DNA of 64,000 nt, from contig NC_083408.1 in NCBI RefSeq assembly GCF_020745735.1, positions 30,906,484 to 30,970,483 of the forward strand, written 5' to 3'. Of this stretch, positions 1 through 11,799 are shown one piece after another. Position 1 is the stretch's first letter, and each line of letters begins with the position of its first letter. Source of the stretch: Hemiscyllium ocellatum (lineage: Eukaryota). A program made the translations under genes and the position numbers. The notes beneath the pieces are model-generated. The model had not been told where the DNA came from and ran no database searches. It worked only from the letters and a program-made list of their open reading frames with translations.

Positions 1-423
1 GACTAATCATTGTGGTGCTGAGACAGTTTTGGTTCGTCATTAGCGCTACCTTCCAGATAATATGTTAACCTGGGATTGCTGCCTGGATGTTCCTGTCAAT
101 TTAAGTGGATGGCAAAGATCCTGTGACTTTTTGAGGAGCTGGAACTATTCCCAGACTCCTGACTAACATGCCTGCTTCAAGCAGCACCCTCAATTGCAAA
201 TGAACTGTTGGTGGCGTATTGCTATTTCCTTAGGACACACAAATTGATATATAAAAGATTTAGGGGATTGTGACACTAAGGATGTGTCTGCTGTACTGTC
301 TTTCGGGAGAAATAATTGCTCTTGCATGCTGTTGTGGAGTATGTTCTGCTCCATTATGCTGTGTGAGCTCTCTTGATGGAATTCATATTTTTGTACTTTT
401 TAAAATTTTTGTTTGTATTTCAG

Positions 424-543
424 GCTAATAGAGATAGCAAGGTGTCGATTCCCTAATTACTTCCATGAAGACCCGAAGCTGATTGCAATGACCAACAGAA
501 TTCACTTGTACCGTGAACTCACTTGCTTGGATGTGTTAAAAAG
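424..543 (+). CDS. RAD51B: RAD51B internal coding exon (equivalent to human exon 6), phase 2 to phase 2
   Basis: Acceptor tttgtatttcag|G at 423/424 and donor AAAAG|gtatct at 543/544; 120 nt. Translates (R)LIEIARCRFPNYFHEDPKLIAMTNRIHLYRELTCLDVLK(R), which resembles the RAD51B segment RLVEIAESRFPRYF...VHLYRELTCDEVLQR as I recall it. Confidence 0.95.
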
Positions 544-562
544 GTATCTGTTGTTTCCTATT

Positions 563-999
563 ACAGAAACAGAAACTGTTGGGAGAAATTCAATGGTCGA
601 GAGTGTGGTGCTGGAAAAGCACAGCAAGTCAGGCAGTGTCTGAGGAGCAGGAGAATTGATGTTTTGGGCATAAGCCCTTCTTCAGGAATGATTTGGAGGT
701 GCCGGTTTTGGACTGGAGTGTACAAAGTTAAAAATCACACCAACACCAGGTTATATTCCAACAGTTTTATTTGGAAGCACTAGCTTTCGAAGCACTGCTC
801 CTTCACGTATTTGTGGACCTGATGACAGAGCAGGTCTCCGAAAACTGGTGCTTCAAAAAAACCTGTTGGACTATAACCTGGTGTTGTGTGATTTTTAACT
901 TCATCAGGAATTGGGGAGAGAAACTCAATAGATCTGGCAGCATCTGTGGAGAAAAAACAGAGTTAGCATTTCTGATTCAGCGATCCTCCTTCAGAGATC
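563..999. mobile_element. Three nested Penelope-derived short elements (my working families D > A > B)
   Basis: Outer element flanked by gtttcctatt (553-562) / gtttcctttt (1000-1009); middle by gggagaaattcaat (581-594) / gagagaaactcaat (916-929); inner by cttcttcaggaat (677-689) / cttcatcaggaat (899-911). Each carries a hammerhead-like CTGAnGA...GAAA remnant. Confidence 0.75.
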
Positions 1000-1180
1000 G
1001 TTTCCTTTTGTTTGACTTGAATTTGATCCTCTAATCATCCTTAACACTAATATTCATGTTTGGAGAACATGAAAGTAAAAGAACAGCCTTGTGTTCATTA
1101 TCAACAAGTTCAATAACTTTAGGGCTTGAACCATGTCCTTGCCCCACCCTCCACACATACCAGGCTTTGCTGTCACAAGA

Positions 1181-1700
1181 GAGACAAAAAAAACCTGCAG
1201 ATCCTGGAATCCAAGATAGACAAGCAGGAGACTGGATGAACACAGCAAGTGAGGCAGCATCAGGAGATGGAGAAGTCCACGTTTCTGGTGTAACCCTTCT
1301 TCAAGACTGGGGGGTGGTGGGTGTAACCCTTCTTCAGGACTGGGGGTGCTCCCCTAACACCTACTTTTCTCCATCCCTTGTTATTACATTGTCTGTTATT
1401 ACACGTAATCCACTATTATCTACTAACAGTCCCCATGAATAGCTATTCACCCTCCTAGCCAGATTGTTATTTAATTTTTTGTCGGCCCAACTATTCTTTT
1501 TGTTTCCTTAGCCTCTAGCCCCAATATTTACTCCTTACCCCCTCCTCCCCATATCTTGTGCATATAAACTGACATTTTCCTACCTACCATCAGTTCTGAG
1601 GAGCAGTCAGTGGACCTGAAGCGTTAACTTTGATATCTGTTCACATATGCTGCCAGACCTGCCTGAGCTTTTCCTACAATTTCTGTTTTTGTTGCTTGCG
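1181..1700. mobile_element. Two Penelope-type 3' end (pLTR) remnants: family C on the minus strand (about 1181-1350) and family D on the plus strand (about 1350-1700)
   Basis: 1220-1285 resembles 53971-54040, which abuts a GIY-YIG ORF remnant. Degenerate hammerhead agttCTGAGGA..gtcagtggacc.GAAgcGTTaact at about 1592-1629. Local tandem duplication of about 33 bp (ggtgtaacccttcttcargactggggg). Confidence 0.65.
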
Positions 1701-1889
1701 TTTTTTATGCTTCACGTCTTCAGTGTCCCAAAGGTAGTCCTTCCTTTCTTTTTCTTTTGCAGCCACAGCTTGTAAATAGATAGCAACTTTAACATGATAT
1801 GCTGTCTCAAAGAGCATTTCAGAAGCATTATAAAATAAACATGACTCCCTACAAAGAGATATTAGGACAGACGACAAAAAAAACCTGAT

Positions 1890-2316
1890 GATCCACGCCA
1901 CCGCCCCCCCAATCAAGCCACTTTCCATTCCTGACACCTTCCCCTGCCACCAGAAGAGGTGTAAAACCTGCGCCCACACCTCCGCACTCACCTCCATCCA
2001 AGGCCCCAAAGGTTCAATCCACATCCAGCAGAAACTTTCCTGCACTTCCAAACACCTTACCCACTGTCTGTTGCTCTGTATGTGATCTCCTCTACATTGG
2101 GATGACAGGACACCAATTTGCAGAACGTTTCAGAGAACATCTCCGGGGCGCACGCACTAAACAACCCCGCTGCATTGTGGCCGAAGACTTTCTGGTGAAG
2201 AGCTTATGCTCGAAGCATCGACTCTCCTGCTCAAATGCTGCCTAACCAGTTGTGCTTTTCCAGCACCATACTTTTGATTCTGATCTCCAGCATCTGCAGT
2301 CCTCACTTTCTCCTAG
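1890..2316 (+). mobile_element. Penelope-like element fragment (Cys-rich linker and GIY-YIG start) joined to a family A hammerhead tail
   Basis: Translates TFPCHQKRCKTCAH...GPKGSIHIQQKLSCTSKHLTHC, then a frameshifted LLYIG and RFREH, typical of the PLE endonuclease region. Followed by CTGGTGAagagcttatgctcGAAgcATC at about 2192-2219. Confidence 0.8.
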
Positions 2317-2402
2317 CTTTTAAGGAATATTTGGGGAGAGGAATGAAGAAAGGTGGGGAGACGTGACTTTACTGATATTGATCTAAATCAGCTTTGTAAC
2401 AC

Positions 2403-2643
2403 TTAGGGGCAACGTTTTCACACAGAGGGTGGTGCATTTGTGGAATGAATGGAAGTAGTGGAGGCTGGTACAATTGCAACATTTAAAAGGCATCTGGATA
2501 GGTATAGGAAAAGGAAGGGTTTAGAGGGATATGGGCCGTGTGCTGGCAGGTGGGACTAGATTGGGTTGGGATATTTGTTTAGCATGAACGAGTTGGGCCA
2601 AAGGGTCTGTTTCCGTGCTGTACAGCTGTATGACTTTATACTC
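2403..2643 (+). mobile_element. CR1/HER1-like LINE 3' end
   Basis: ttttcacacagagggtggtg...tggaatga (FFTQRVV..WNE) plus the 3' tail gggccaaagggtctgtttccgtgctgtac..tatgact. Confidence 0.85.
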
Positions 2644-2671
2644 TACTGTTTAGGCAACAGTGACGTAACAA

Positions 2672-3180
2672 AGATAAGACCATAAGAAATAGGAATCGAA
2701 GTAGACCATTCCAGCCCTCAAACCTGCTCTGCCATTCAGTAGGCTCATGGCCGATTCAATATTCCTCACATCCATTTTCCCCATAACCCTTGATCAGCAT
2801 CTATCTCAGTCTTAAATATACACAAGTATTCTGCTCCCACTGCTCTCTGTGGCAAGGAATTCCAAAGGCTCACAAACATCTGAGAGAAGAAATTCCTCCT
2901 CATCTCCAATTTAAATTGGCACCCCTTTATTCTCAGACTAGGCCCTGTTGTCCTCTACTGCCCCATGAGGGGAAACATCCTCTCAGCATTTATCCTGCCA
3001 AGTCCCTTAAAACTTCTACATATTTCAATGAGGTCACCTCTCATTCTTCTAATCTGCTGGGAGCAGGAGTCCCAACCTGCTTAGTCTTTGCTCACAAGAC
3101 AATCTTTCCATTCCAGGGATCATCCTAGTGAACCTTTTCTGAACTGTCTCTGATGAAATAATAATTTTCCTTAACTAAGA
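2672..3180 (-). mobile_element. CR1 LINE 3' fragment
   Basis: Reverse tail taagaccataaga...ccattccagccc and a decayed ORF2 C-terminus. Confidence 0.75.
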
Positions 3181-3859
3181 CTGCAAAGCCTCCATTCTGG
3201 AGATCATTATGTAGAATATGGATGATCCTTGACCTAAACTCCATTTCAATACACACCTACCTCCACAGTCCTTCTAGACCCGACTCCTTTAAAAAAAATC
3301 CAAAAATCTATGGATTGGCCATGAAGCGCACACAATCCTCCGATATCAAGAATTCCAATCTACTGAATTTTTTTTTCGCAGCCCAGTTCCCAGATTGCTG
3401 ACCCATTACCCTGATGCCAGTCCTTGTTCTAGACTCTGGTCAGGGAAACAACTTCTCAGAATCCAACCTGTCAAGTTACTACCCATACTAATAGAATACC
3501 ACCACCTGCATTTGCCAACGTTTGTTGACATCTTATTAAATGTCTTGTGAAAATCTAAATATGTTGTTTCCAATAATCACCCTGCAAGTTACAACCTCAA
3601 AGTCGAACAAATGTGTCAACACAACTGCCCTTTCGCAAAACCATGTCAATGGAAAAAGTAAACAAGGGCAGGATTAGGCCATTCGGCCCTTTGAGCCTGC
3701 TGCTCCATTCAGTATGTTCATGGCTGATCATCCAACTCCGTATCCAGTACCAAAGTGCTTAGACTGCACTCTGAAAATCAAAAGTTTTGGAGTGTTTGGA
3801 GAAAAATGTTTTCCTTCTGGGAGGGAACTCTGCCATTTATTAAATACACTGTCAGTTTT

Positions 3860-4275
3860 CAGTCAAAATGCTTCCATTTATTCTCCAGCTTTCACTACCT
3901 CAGAAATGTTGAAGTATTTTGCAGTCAATGAATTTTGAAGCATAGTTACTGTTGTAAGAGATGTGTCTTTCAGTTTATTCCCAGCAAAGTCCCACAAGCA
4001 TCATTGAGATGATGGCCAGGTAATCTGTTGTAGTGATTGTAGAACAAATATTGGCTAGGACACTGTCCCTTACCATTTTTTCAAGATGATGTGTGGGATC
4101 TTTTGCATTCATTTGAATGTTTATCTTGGGCTTTGGTTAAATGTCTCCTCTCAAAGATGGCATCTGTGAGTGCAGCAATCCACAGTATTGCACTGGAACA
4201 TCAGCCTCGAGTTTAGTGAGCAAGTTTCTGGACATGAACTCTCAAAATTCGGACTGAGAAGTGAGAATGCTAACA
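3860..4275 (-). mobile_element. DeuSINE-like (SacSINE1-type) element, decayed
   Basis: Reverse tRNA-like head at about 4230-4275 and core aaagatggcatct..gtgcagca..cagtattgcactgga..tcagcct; similar copies at about 28820-28960 and 49135-49530. Confidence 0.6.
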
Positions 4276-4570
4276 TAGTTGACTCCAACTGGTTGAAGGG
4301 TTTAGACGAAAGCCTTACTTGTGATTAACAGATGAATTGAAGAGTGTGAACTGCCACCAAAACATATGTAAAGCTGAACACTTAATATTGGTTGGGCTAG
4401 CGAGTCACAGAGGCGTTTAAAATTATGAGGGGTTGGGATAGTGAAGGAAGCAATATTGTTTCCGATGAAGGGAGGCTCAAGAACAAGGGGAATTCCTTCC
4501 CTAATGGCATTGTGGGTCTACCTACAGCACTGGATTGCAGCAGTTCAAGAAGTCTGCTCAGCCTGCATCC

Positions 4571-5249
4571 TGTGATTGAATGGTAAAAAGTCAAAATCAG
4601 ATTTAAAAACAAGAATTTCAGGATAGAGAACAGAGTAACATTTTTAGTATTGATACCAAGACACAGATGCATAATGTATGAATCAAATAGAAATTTGATT
4701 TTAAAGTACAGATGAAGTATATTTTTGGTTTCAGTTCTGTCAAGAAAACCTTTTTCAAAAAGGTAAAAGTTATTTGGAACAAGGAACTAAAAGCATAATT
4801 TCTAAGAAGGCGTGTGATTTAAGTGCCTGCTAGGTGTTATTTGAGGTATTTACAAAGCTGAACTTGAATAACATGTAGAGAAAGCAGTCCAGGAGCCAAT
4901 GAGTTCAGTTCAGAATCGCGTTTCAGCTCAGAAGAACCAGGTTTTCAGTGCAGAAGAGCAGTTTAACTCTGAAGTCTCCAAGCTGTGAGGGTTTGTGTAG
5001 ATATTTTCAAGCAGTCAAAAATGAAAAGAAGCTTAAGGCCATCAAAATTCAGAACATCAGAACTGTAAAGAAGCCATCCAAACTGGAAAAGTTATCAAAT
5101 AAGAAATTAAAAAGTTAAGGTAACAGTGGCACCTCGTGAATATGTAACTAACCACCGTGAGAACCAACTTCAAAAACTAAACTCCATCAGGCCTGGTTTC
5201 AGTTTGGGATCTGATTTGATCAATAACAGCATTAGCTGGGATCGTAACA
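4571..5249. mobile_element. Solo LTR-like element
   Basis: TGTGAT...CGTAACA ends, flanked by gcatcc/gtatcc; the last 60 bp resemble those of 17994-18762. Confidence 0.55.
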
Positions 5250-6271
5250 GTATCCTAGCAGAGTTTATGACTGACTGAAAAAGATAAAGAACAGATTACT
5301 ATTGATAGGCATTTGGAACGGGGTGATCAAGGCTTATGGGGATGTCTTCTGCTTATGTGGGATCCGAATGTCTAATTGGGCCAAATGATTTCTGTTGTAA
5401 GCAAATAATTTATGTTGGTGGTGGTTAACAAAAGCTGCTGACTGGGAGAACTCTTATGCTGTTTAAATAGTTTCTTTGCATCTCTGAATCTAATTGATTC
5501 GGACAAATTGCAATGAAATGTCCTGCACGAATCAGCAATAATGCAGCACACTCTCAAGTACTGCATTGCAATAGAAAGTGTCCTAGTTCCCACTACTGAT
5601 ATGCTGACCTTGATTGACGGTAGTTAAAGGAAAACACCCCAGATGTTGACGTTTTAGGAGCTGTCAATGCATTGATGTTCAGAGTGTGGAGTTTTGATCA
5701 AAACAAAATGCAGTGCGCTTTGCAGATGCTGAGAGGACAAGCTGCATCTATAGCATTTATCCAACATTTGCATTTCTTTCTGTGCTATTAAAAAAAGTGA
5801 TGGATGAGTAGACAAAGCTTGTTTATTGTGTCAGTCTGTGGAGGTGTCTTTCCTTCAGGTGTGCACTGTTTCTGTGGTGGATTATGGCAGAGCTTTGTGA
5901 AACTTATAGTTCTTCGCCTAACCATTTCAGCTTCAATAATGCCAATGTACTTCCTTGTACTATTGACTCTTTGTTTTCCTGATTACTCTTAACCTTTGTG
6001 AACTCGGTGTGGGAACAAGAGGTGCTGTAATGGTGAACATTTTACAAAAATATTCAGGTGGCCAAGGATGGGTGAGTGGGGACAGGGTATTTGGAGGGAA
6101 GAGGTTCATGTGATTAAGTCCTGCAGGAGTACATCCACTCAAGGTTGGCACCCCTTAATTCTTTGATGTTTGGCCTGTTTTCAAGGGAGAGATGGATTGT
6201 TTTGTAAATTTGACTTCTAGTAGTGGTTGGGAGTATGGAAGGAGCTGTTGTATTGAATATTGCTGTAATAG

Positions 6272-6590
6272 TGGGCATGGTGGCTTAGTGCTGAGGACCA
6301 GGTTCCAGCCTCTGGCGACTGTGTGGAGTTTGCCCGTGCTCCCCCTGTCTGGGTGAGTTTCATCCAGATGCTCCGGTTTTCTCCCAGTCCAAGCAAGTGC
6401 AGGTTAGGTGGATTGCCCATGCTAAATTGTCCTATAGTCTTCGATGATGTGTAGGTTAGGTGGATTGGCCTTAAGAAATGCAAGGTTACTGGGATAGAGT
6501 AGCTGGATGGGTCAGGTGGGAGACTCTTTGGAGGTATGGTGTGGCCACAGTGGGCCAAATTGCCTGCTTACTCAGTGTAGGGGTTCGGTG
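6272..6590 (+). mobile_element. HE1/V-SINE-like tRNA-derived SINE
   Basis: V-domain ctgtgtggagtttgc...gctccggtttt.tccca and a CR1-like 3' tail. Confidence 0.8.
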
Positions 6591-7184
6591 GTACTAACAG
6601 AAGGTCATTGCACTCTAATTTGAACTTCTGTTTCATACTGAATTAACAGCATGCCAGACACTACCCATCACTGTTTCCCAATTGAGAAACCAAACATGTT
6701 TTCAACTCTGCAATCTTTCTGTGACTTAGGTGATCTTCTGAGGCCGCACAATGGGAGCAGTTATTAGGATTTAAGGAGAGAGTTAAAGTGGACTTGTACG
6801 CGCTAATGTAATTGCCACTGTGTTTTCAAAGTCGTAGACTGAATTCTTATTCTTGAAAAGTGTTTAAATGTTTATGTTTTTTAAATTGAAAATGTTGTGG
6901 CAACTGGAGAAAGAGATTGGAATAACCTGTGCTTTTGGGACCAAGTTATTAAGTGATGCACAGTTGTTTCAATGGGAAGGAGGCTGCAAGTACAGTATGA
7001 TACATTTTAATTTATAATAATTTAAATGAATCTATATAAATGCAGGAATGACCCACATCTTCAGACCAGCATTATCAAATAAAATTTAATATTGAGCCAC
7101 TAATTGTCACAGATCATAAAAAACTTTGTCAGAGGAATTTTTTAAAGTAACATCTTAAAAGCTTTCTATAAGGAGAAGCAACAG

Positions 7185-8905
7185 GTCATAGAGTCATACA
7201 GCTTGGAAACCAATCCAACCAATCCATGCCAAACGTAAGCCCAAATAAAGCTGTTCCCACCTGCCTTCTCCTGGTCCAGATCCCTCCAAACATTTCTTTT
7301 CGTGTACCTGTCCAAATGTCGTTTAAATGTTGTAACTGCACCCACATTTACTACTTCCTCAGGAAGTTCATTCCAAACACAAATCTCACGCTGTGTAAAA
7401 GATTTCCCTCTCATGTCTTTTTTAAGTTTCTCTCCTCCTGCCTTAAAAATGTGCCCCCGAATCTTGAAATCCCCTATCCCAGGCAAAGGATAACTACCCC
7501 TCATGATTTTATCAACTTTTATAAGGTCACCTCTCTGACTCCATTGAAAAGTCACAGCCTTTCCAGCCTTTCTTTATTACTCAAACCTTCCACACGTGGC
7601 AACATCCTGGTAGATCTCTTCTGAACCCTCTCCAGCTTAATATTTTCCTTCCAGTAATGGGGCGACCAGAGCTGGGCACACTGTTCCAGAAGAGGCCCCA
7701 TCAGTGTCTGCAGCAATAGTAGACTCGCCAAATTTAAGAGCATTTAAATGATCATTGTATAGATATATGGATGACAATGGAATAGTGTGGGTTAGATGGG
7801 CTTCAGATTGGTTCAGCAGGTAGTGCAACATCGAGGGCCAAAGGCCTGTACTGTGCTGTAGTGTTCTATGTTCTAACATGACTTCCCAATTCTTATAGTC
7901 GAAGGACTGAGCAATGAAAGCAAGCATACTAAGTGCCTCTTTAAATTCCCTGTCTATATGTGAAGCAAACTTCAAAGAATTATATACCTGAACCCCTTGG
8001 GCCCTCTACTTGACAACACCACCCAAGGCCTTAACCATTAATTGTTTATGTCCTATCCCTGTTTGTTGCCTCAAAATGCAATACATCCTATTTATCCAGA
8101 TTGAACTCCATTTGCTATTTTTCAGCCTATTGACCCATTTAATCAAGATCCCTTTGTCATCTGAAATAACCTTCTTCGCTGTCTACTATGACACCAATTT
8201 TGGTGTCATCCACAAACTTACTAACCGTGCCTTCTGTATTCTCATCCAAAACATTTATATAAATAACAAACAAAACAGGACCCAGAACCATCCATGTGGA
8301 ACACTGCTGGTCACAGGCCTGAAAGCAGCCCTCCACCACCCCTCTGCCTCCTGCCATTAAGCCAATTATATATCAGGTTGGTAAGCTCACCCTGAATCTC
8401 ATGTGACCTAATTTTATTTATTAGTCTACCATACCGAGCCTTGTAGAAGGCTTTACTAATGTCCAAATAAACAACCTCTAATGCTGTGCCCACATCAGTC
8501 TTTTTGGTAACTTTCTTAAAAAAGCTGAAAATGTGTTGCTGGTTAAAGCACAGCAGGTTAGGCAGCATCTCAGGAATAGGAATAGGGGATGCTGCCTAAC
8601 CTGCTGTGCTTTAACCAGCAACACATTTTCAGCTGTGATCTCCAGCATCTGCAGACCTCATTTTTTACTCTAACTTTCTTAAAAAACTCAATCAAGTTTG
8701 TGAGACACAATTTTCCTTGCACTCAATGATGCTGACTATTCCCAATCAGTTTTTTTTTGATTCTCTCAATGTCCATAAGTCCTATCTTTTAAAATCACCT
8801 CCAACAATTTACCCACAACAGAAATCAGACTGACAGGTCTATAGTTCTTCTGTTTCTCCTTACAATCTTTCTTAAACAAAGGTACAACATTAGCCACCCT
8901 CCAAG
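7185..8905 (-). mobile_element. CR1 LINE ORF2 (reverse transcriptase) remnant with nested insertions
   Basis: Minus-frame peptides [67 protein letters not shown]. Interrupted by a + strand CR1 tail (about 7708-7872) and a hairpin element (8524-8670). Confidence 0.92.
8524..8670 (+). mobile_element. Family A fold-back element with a perfect 46-bp inverted repeat
   Basis: Arms 8524-8569 and 8588-8633 are exact reverse complements; 16-bp TSD taactttcttaaaaaa at 8508-8523 and 8671-8686. Confidence 0.9.
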
Positions 8906-9354
8906 CTCGTGAATACTAAAAGCAATGATAGTGATAGGATGAGTAAAATGGGTTATGCAGGAGATAAGAGTTTTAAGTTTTTTGAGGGAAAAAACAGATT
9001 GTAGTACATATTGGTACCCATAACTTAGGTAAAAAAAAAGGGATGAAGACCTGAAAGCAGAATTTAGGGAGCTGGGAAGTAGATTAAGGAACAGGAGCTA
9101 AAAGGTAGTAATTTCTGGATTACTTCTGGTGCCACTTGCGAGTGAGTACAGAAATGTTGTACCTTTAGGGCACTATGCCCAGACAAAGTGTCATCTGTGT
9201 GTTCAGAGTAGCTCTGCCCAATGATAGCGTTTTGATTGACTTTTCAATTGGCAACAGATGTCGTGGGTTCAGGAGAAATCAGCATAGTACAACCTTCTGA
9301 TTGGCCCAGCTTCAGTTTAATGCATACCCTGGAGCATCAAAACTGAAGAGGACA

Positions 9355-9910
9355 CATGATATGATTAGGCAAGATTTAGGATGCATAGGATGGGGAAAGA
9401 AACTGCAAGGGATGGACACAATTGAAGTATGGAGCTTATTCAAGGAACAGCTTCTATGTGTCCTTGATAAGTATGTATCTGTCAGACATGGAGGAAGTGG
9501 TCAAGCAAGGGAGTCGTAGTTTACTTTTAAAAAAAAAGGTTGAATCTCATGTCAAGAGGAAGGAGTGATCCTATGTAAGGATGAGACATGAAGGCTCAGT
9601 TAGGGCACTTGCCAGTTACAAGTTAGCCAGGAAGGACCTAAAGAGAGAGCTAAGAGGAGTCAGGAGGGGACATGAGAAATCGTTGGCATGTAGGATCAAG
9701 GAAAACCCTAAAGCTTTCTATAGGTGTGTCAGGAATAAAAGAACAACTAGGGTAAAGTTAGGACCAGTCAAGGACAGAAATGAGAAGTTGTGCGTGGAGT
9801 CCGAGGAGATAGGGGAAGTGCTAAATGAATGTTTTTCGTCAGTATTCACACAGGAAAAAGGCATTTTTGTCGAGGAGAATAATGAGATACAGGCTACTGG
9901 ACTAGACAGG
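9355..9910 (+). mobile_element. CR1 LINE ORF2 internal fragment (endonuclease-RT linker)
   Basis: EKSLACRIKENPKAFYRCVRNKR...EIGEVLNECFSSVFTQE. Confidence 0.88.
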
Positions 9911-10008
9911 GTCAGTTAGGCTCGAAACGTCAGCTCTTCTCTCTCCTTACAGATGCTGCAGGACCTGCTGAGATTTTCCTGCATTTTCTCTTTTGGTTTC
10001 AGATTCTA
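9908..10008 (+). mobile_element. Family E Penelope-type tail with the 3' half of a hammerhead
   Basis: agggtcagttaggctcGAAAcGTCagct then ...cagatgctgc..acctgctgagattttcc; same family as 30582-30787. Confidence 0.75.
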
Positions 10009-10433
10009 CCTGGTGTCCTAGCTAACATTGATTACTGTGCTGTCTTGTTTGTCTAATTTAGATGGCATGTTTTAACAGTAATTGCACTTTGATAAGTCCT
10101 TCATTGGTACTTTATGATCTAGTCGAGAGCAAACTGTTCCTTACTTTCCCTCTAGATTTTTGAATATGTCTAGGTGGGGAGTACAAGGAATGATGTGATA
10201 AATGTACTTTAGTTTTATTCTACTGAAGAAGTTAAAATGTCACGTGGGAGTCCGTTCCATGCTTTACTTCTCTTCCAGGGCACATTGGGGACTTTAGGGT
10301 TAAAAGTCCCATGACCAAGAAAACTTACTGCAACAGCAACTAAAAGCCTGTACTCTTTCAATCCACACATGTAGAAAAAAGCAGACATCAACACTACACT
10401 ACCGCTGTATTTTTCAGTGGTCTGTCACGCGTT

Positions 10434-10664
10434 TGTAGTGATTAATTAGGTCAGCTGAGTGGATTTCATAGAAATTAAGTTTCCTGATTGGGGCTGTTGG
10501 TCTGGTTCAATCAGAGAGCCCTGGCTAACAGATATAAACAGTGTCAGAGGTTCTGTTTCCCCTGAGAGCTGGCTCTGAGAACGCTGGACTACTGTCAAGT
10601 GCCATGCGCATGTAAATAAAGGGTGACTTGGTGGTGGGATATTGGCCTCTATGGAGCAATTTCA
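10434..10664 (+). mobile_element. Solo LTR (231 bp) immediately upstream of the RAD51B exon
   Basis: TGTAGTG...ATTTCA termini; 5-bp TSD gcgtt (10429-10433) / gtgtt (10665-10669); gatataaa at 10531-10538; aataaa at 10615-10620. Confidence 0.75.
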
Positions 10665-10699
10665 GTGTTAATGTCAGTTTATTCCCCTTTTAATGCCAG

Positions 10700-10883
10700 A
10701 TTGGAATCCTTGGAAGAAGACATTATCTTGAAAGGAGTAAAATTGATTGTGGTGGACTCAGTTGCATCAGTAGTTCGCAAAGAATTTGATACCAGGCTCC
10801 AGGGTAACCTGTCAGAGCGTAGTAACCTGCTGTCAAGTGAAGCTGCCACACTGAAATTTTTGGCAGAAGAATTCTCCATTCCG
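10700..10883 (+). CDS. RAD51B: RAD51B internal coding exon (equivalent to human exon 7) containing the Walker B motif
   Basis: Acceptor ccccttttaatgccag|A and donor CCG|gtaaga; 184 nt; AG+A completes the Arg codon split by the previous intron. Translates LESLEEDIILKGVKLIVVDSVASVVRKEFDTRLQGNLSERSNLLSSEAATLKFLAEEFSIP, with Walker B LIVVD and the RAD51B-typical SVASVVRKEFD and LAEEFSIP. Confidence 0.97.
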
Positions 10884-11799
10884 GTAAGACCATAGGCCTT
10901 TTTTTCTGTTTGTGGTTGTGATTGGTTTGTTGGAGCTTGTTAACACCTATTGTTAAATGAGCCCGCACTGTTTTAGTGGCTGCAGTGGTAATACTGATAG
11001 AAAAATGTTGCATGCTTTGGATGTTGTTGCAGTGCTTAAATGATGGTATTATGAGCAATGTCACTCTTAGAAACCTATAGCTCATAAAGGCTAGACCTCC
11101 TTTCCTGCTTACTTGCTTTCCAAGTCCCTGGTAGTTCATACCTAGAACACTTGACATAGTCAAGGTAGAGCTGTTGTCAGCAACTAGTCCATGGATTTAA
11201 TGTCTCCTTAGAATTAATTCTTTATGTTGAGCTATATTTAGTTGCCACAATCAACTTAAAACTGAACATTCTTGCTTGAAATGAACTATATACAATGCTG
11301 TGAGGAATGCAATAAGCTAGAAAATTGGAAACAATTTGCAAATCAGCAGATCACTTTTTTTTTAAAAAAAGGGAGAAATTAAACTGAAGAGAGCCAGTCA
11401 GTTATAGAAAAGAAAAACAGTAGGTGCTTCCACAAGTAGAATTTTGCAATAAAATGAAAATAGCTAAAGTGAGCATTTTTATTTTAGATTATTAAACTGT
11501 TGAATTAATAATGGGAGAGGAGAAACAGACAGAAGCTTTGAAGAAAGCATTTTGTCTATCTTCACACCAGAAAACTTAAATTGTTGCAAGAATAGTGAAA
11601 ACATGAATCATGAAGCAAAAAGGAAAGATAAACTTAAAATGAATGTAATCAGTAGAGAAAAAACATGTCTGACTATCCACATCCTAGGGTCTTAAAATAA
11701 TTAGTTTCAGATTATACATTTGTCCTCCACAGGCCAGTTTGTCTAACATCTGTCATTGGGAAAATCTGTTATTGTGAAGTAGTAGCACAACATAGAATA

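Larger units (their letters stand above)
544..10699 (+). other. RAD51B: RAD51B intron (GT-AG, phase 2, about 10.2 kb)
   Basis: Lies between the two frame-compatible exons and has canonical ends. Confidence 0.9.

Noticed and set aside
413-643. 76-aa ORF as a complete gene
   Set aside because: Only 424-543 is exon; the remainder reads through intron and repeat sequence past a canonical donor.
1287-1348. CRISPR-like direct repeats
   Set aside because: Only a two-copy tandem duplication inside a PLE tail, with no spacers, in a eukaryotic context.
8524-8633. microRNA precursor
   Set aside because: The hairpin is explained by a TSD-flanked mobile element, and there is no evidence of processing from sequence alone.
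10623-10895. 90-aa ORF as a stand-alone gene
   Set aside because: The N-terminal part is LTR and intron sequence; the RAD51B similarity is bounded by splice sites at 10700-10883.
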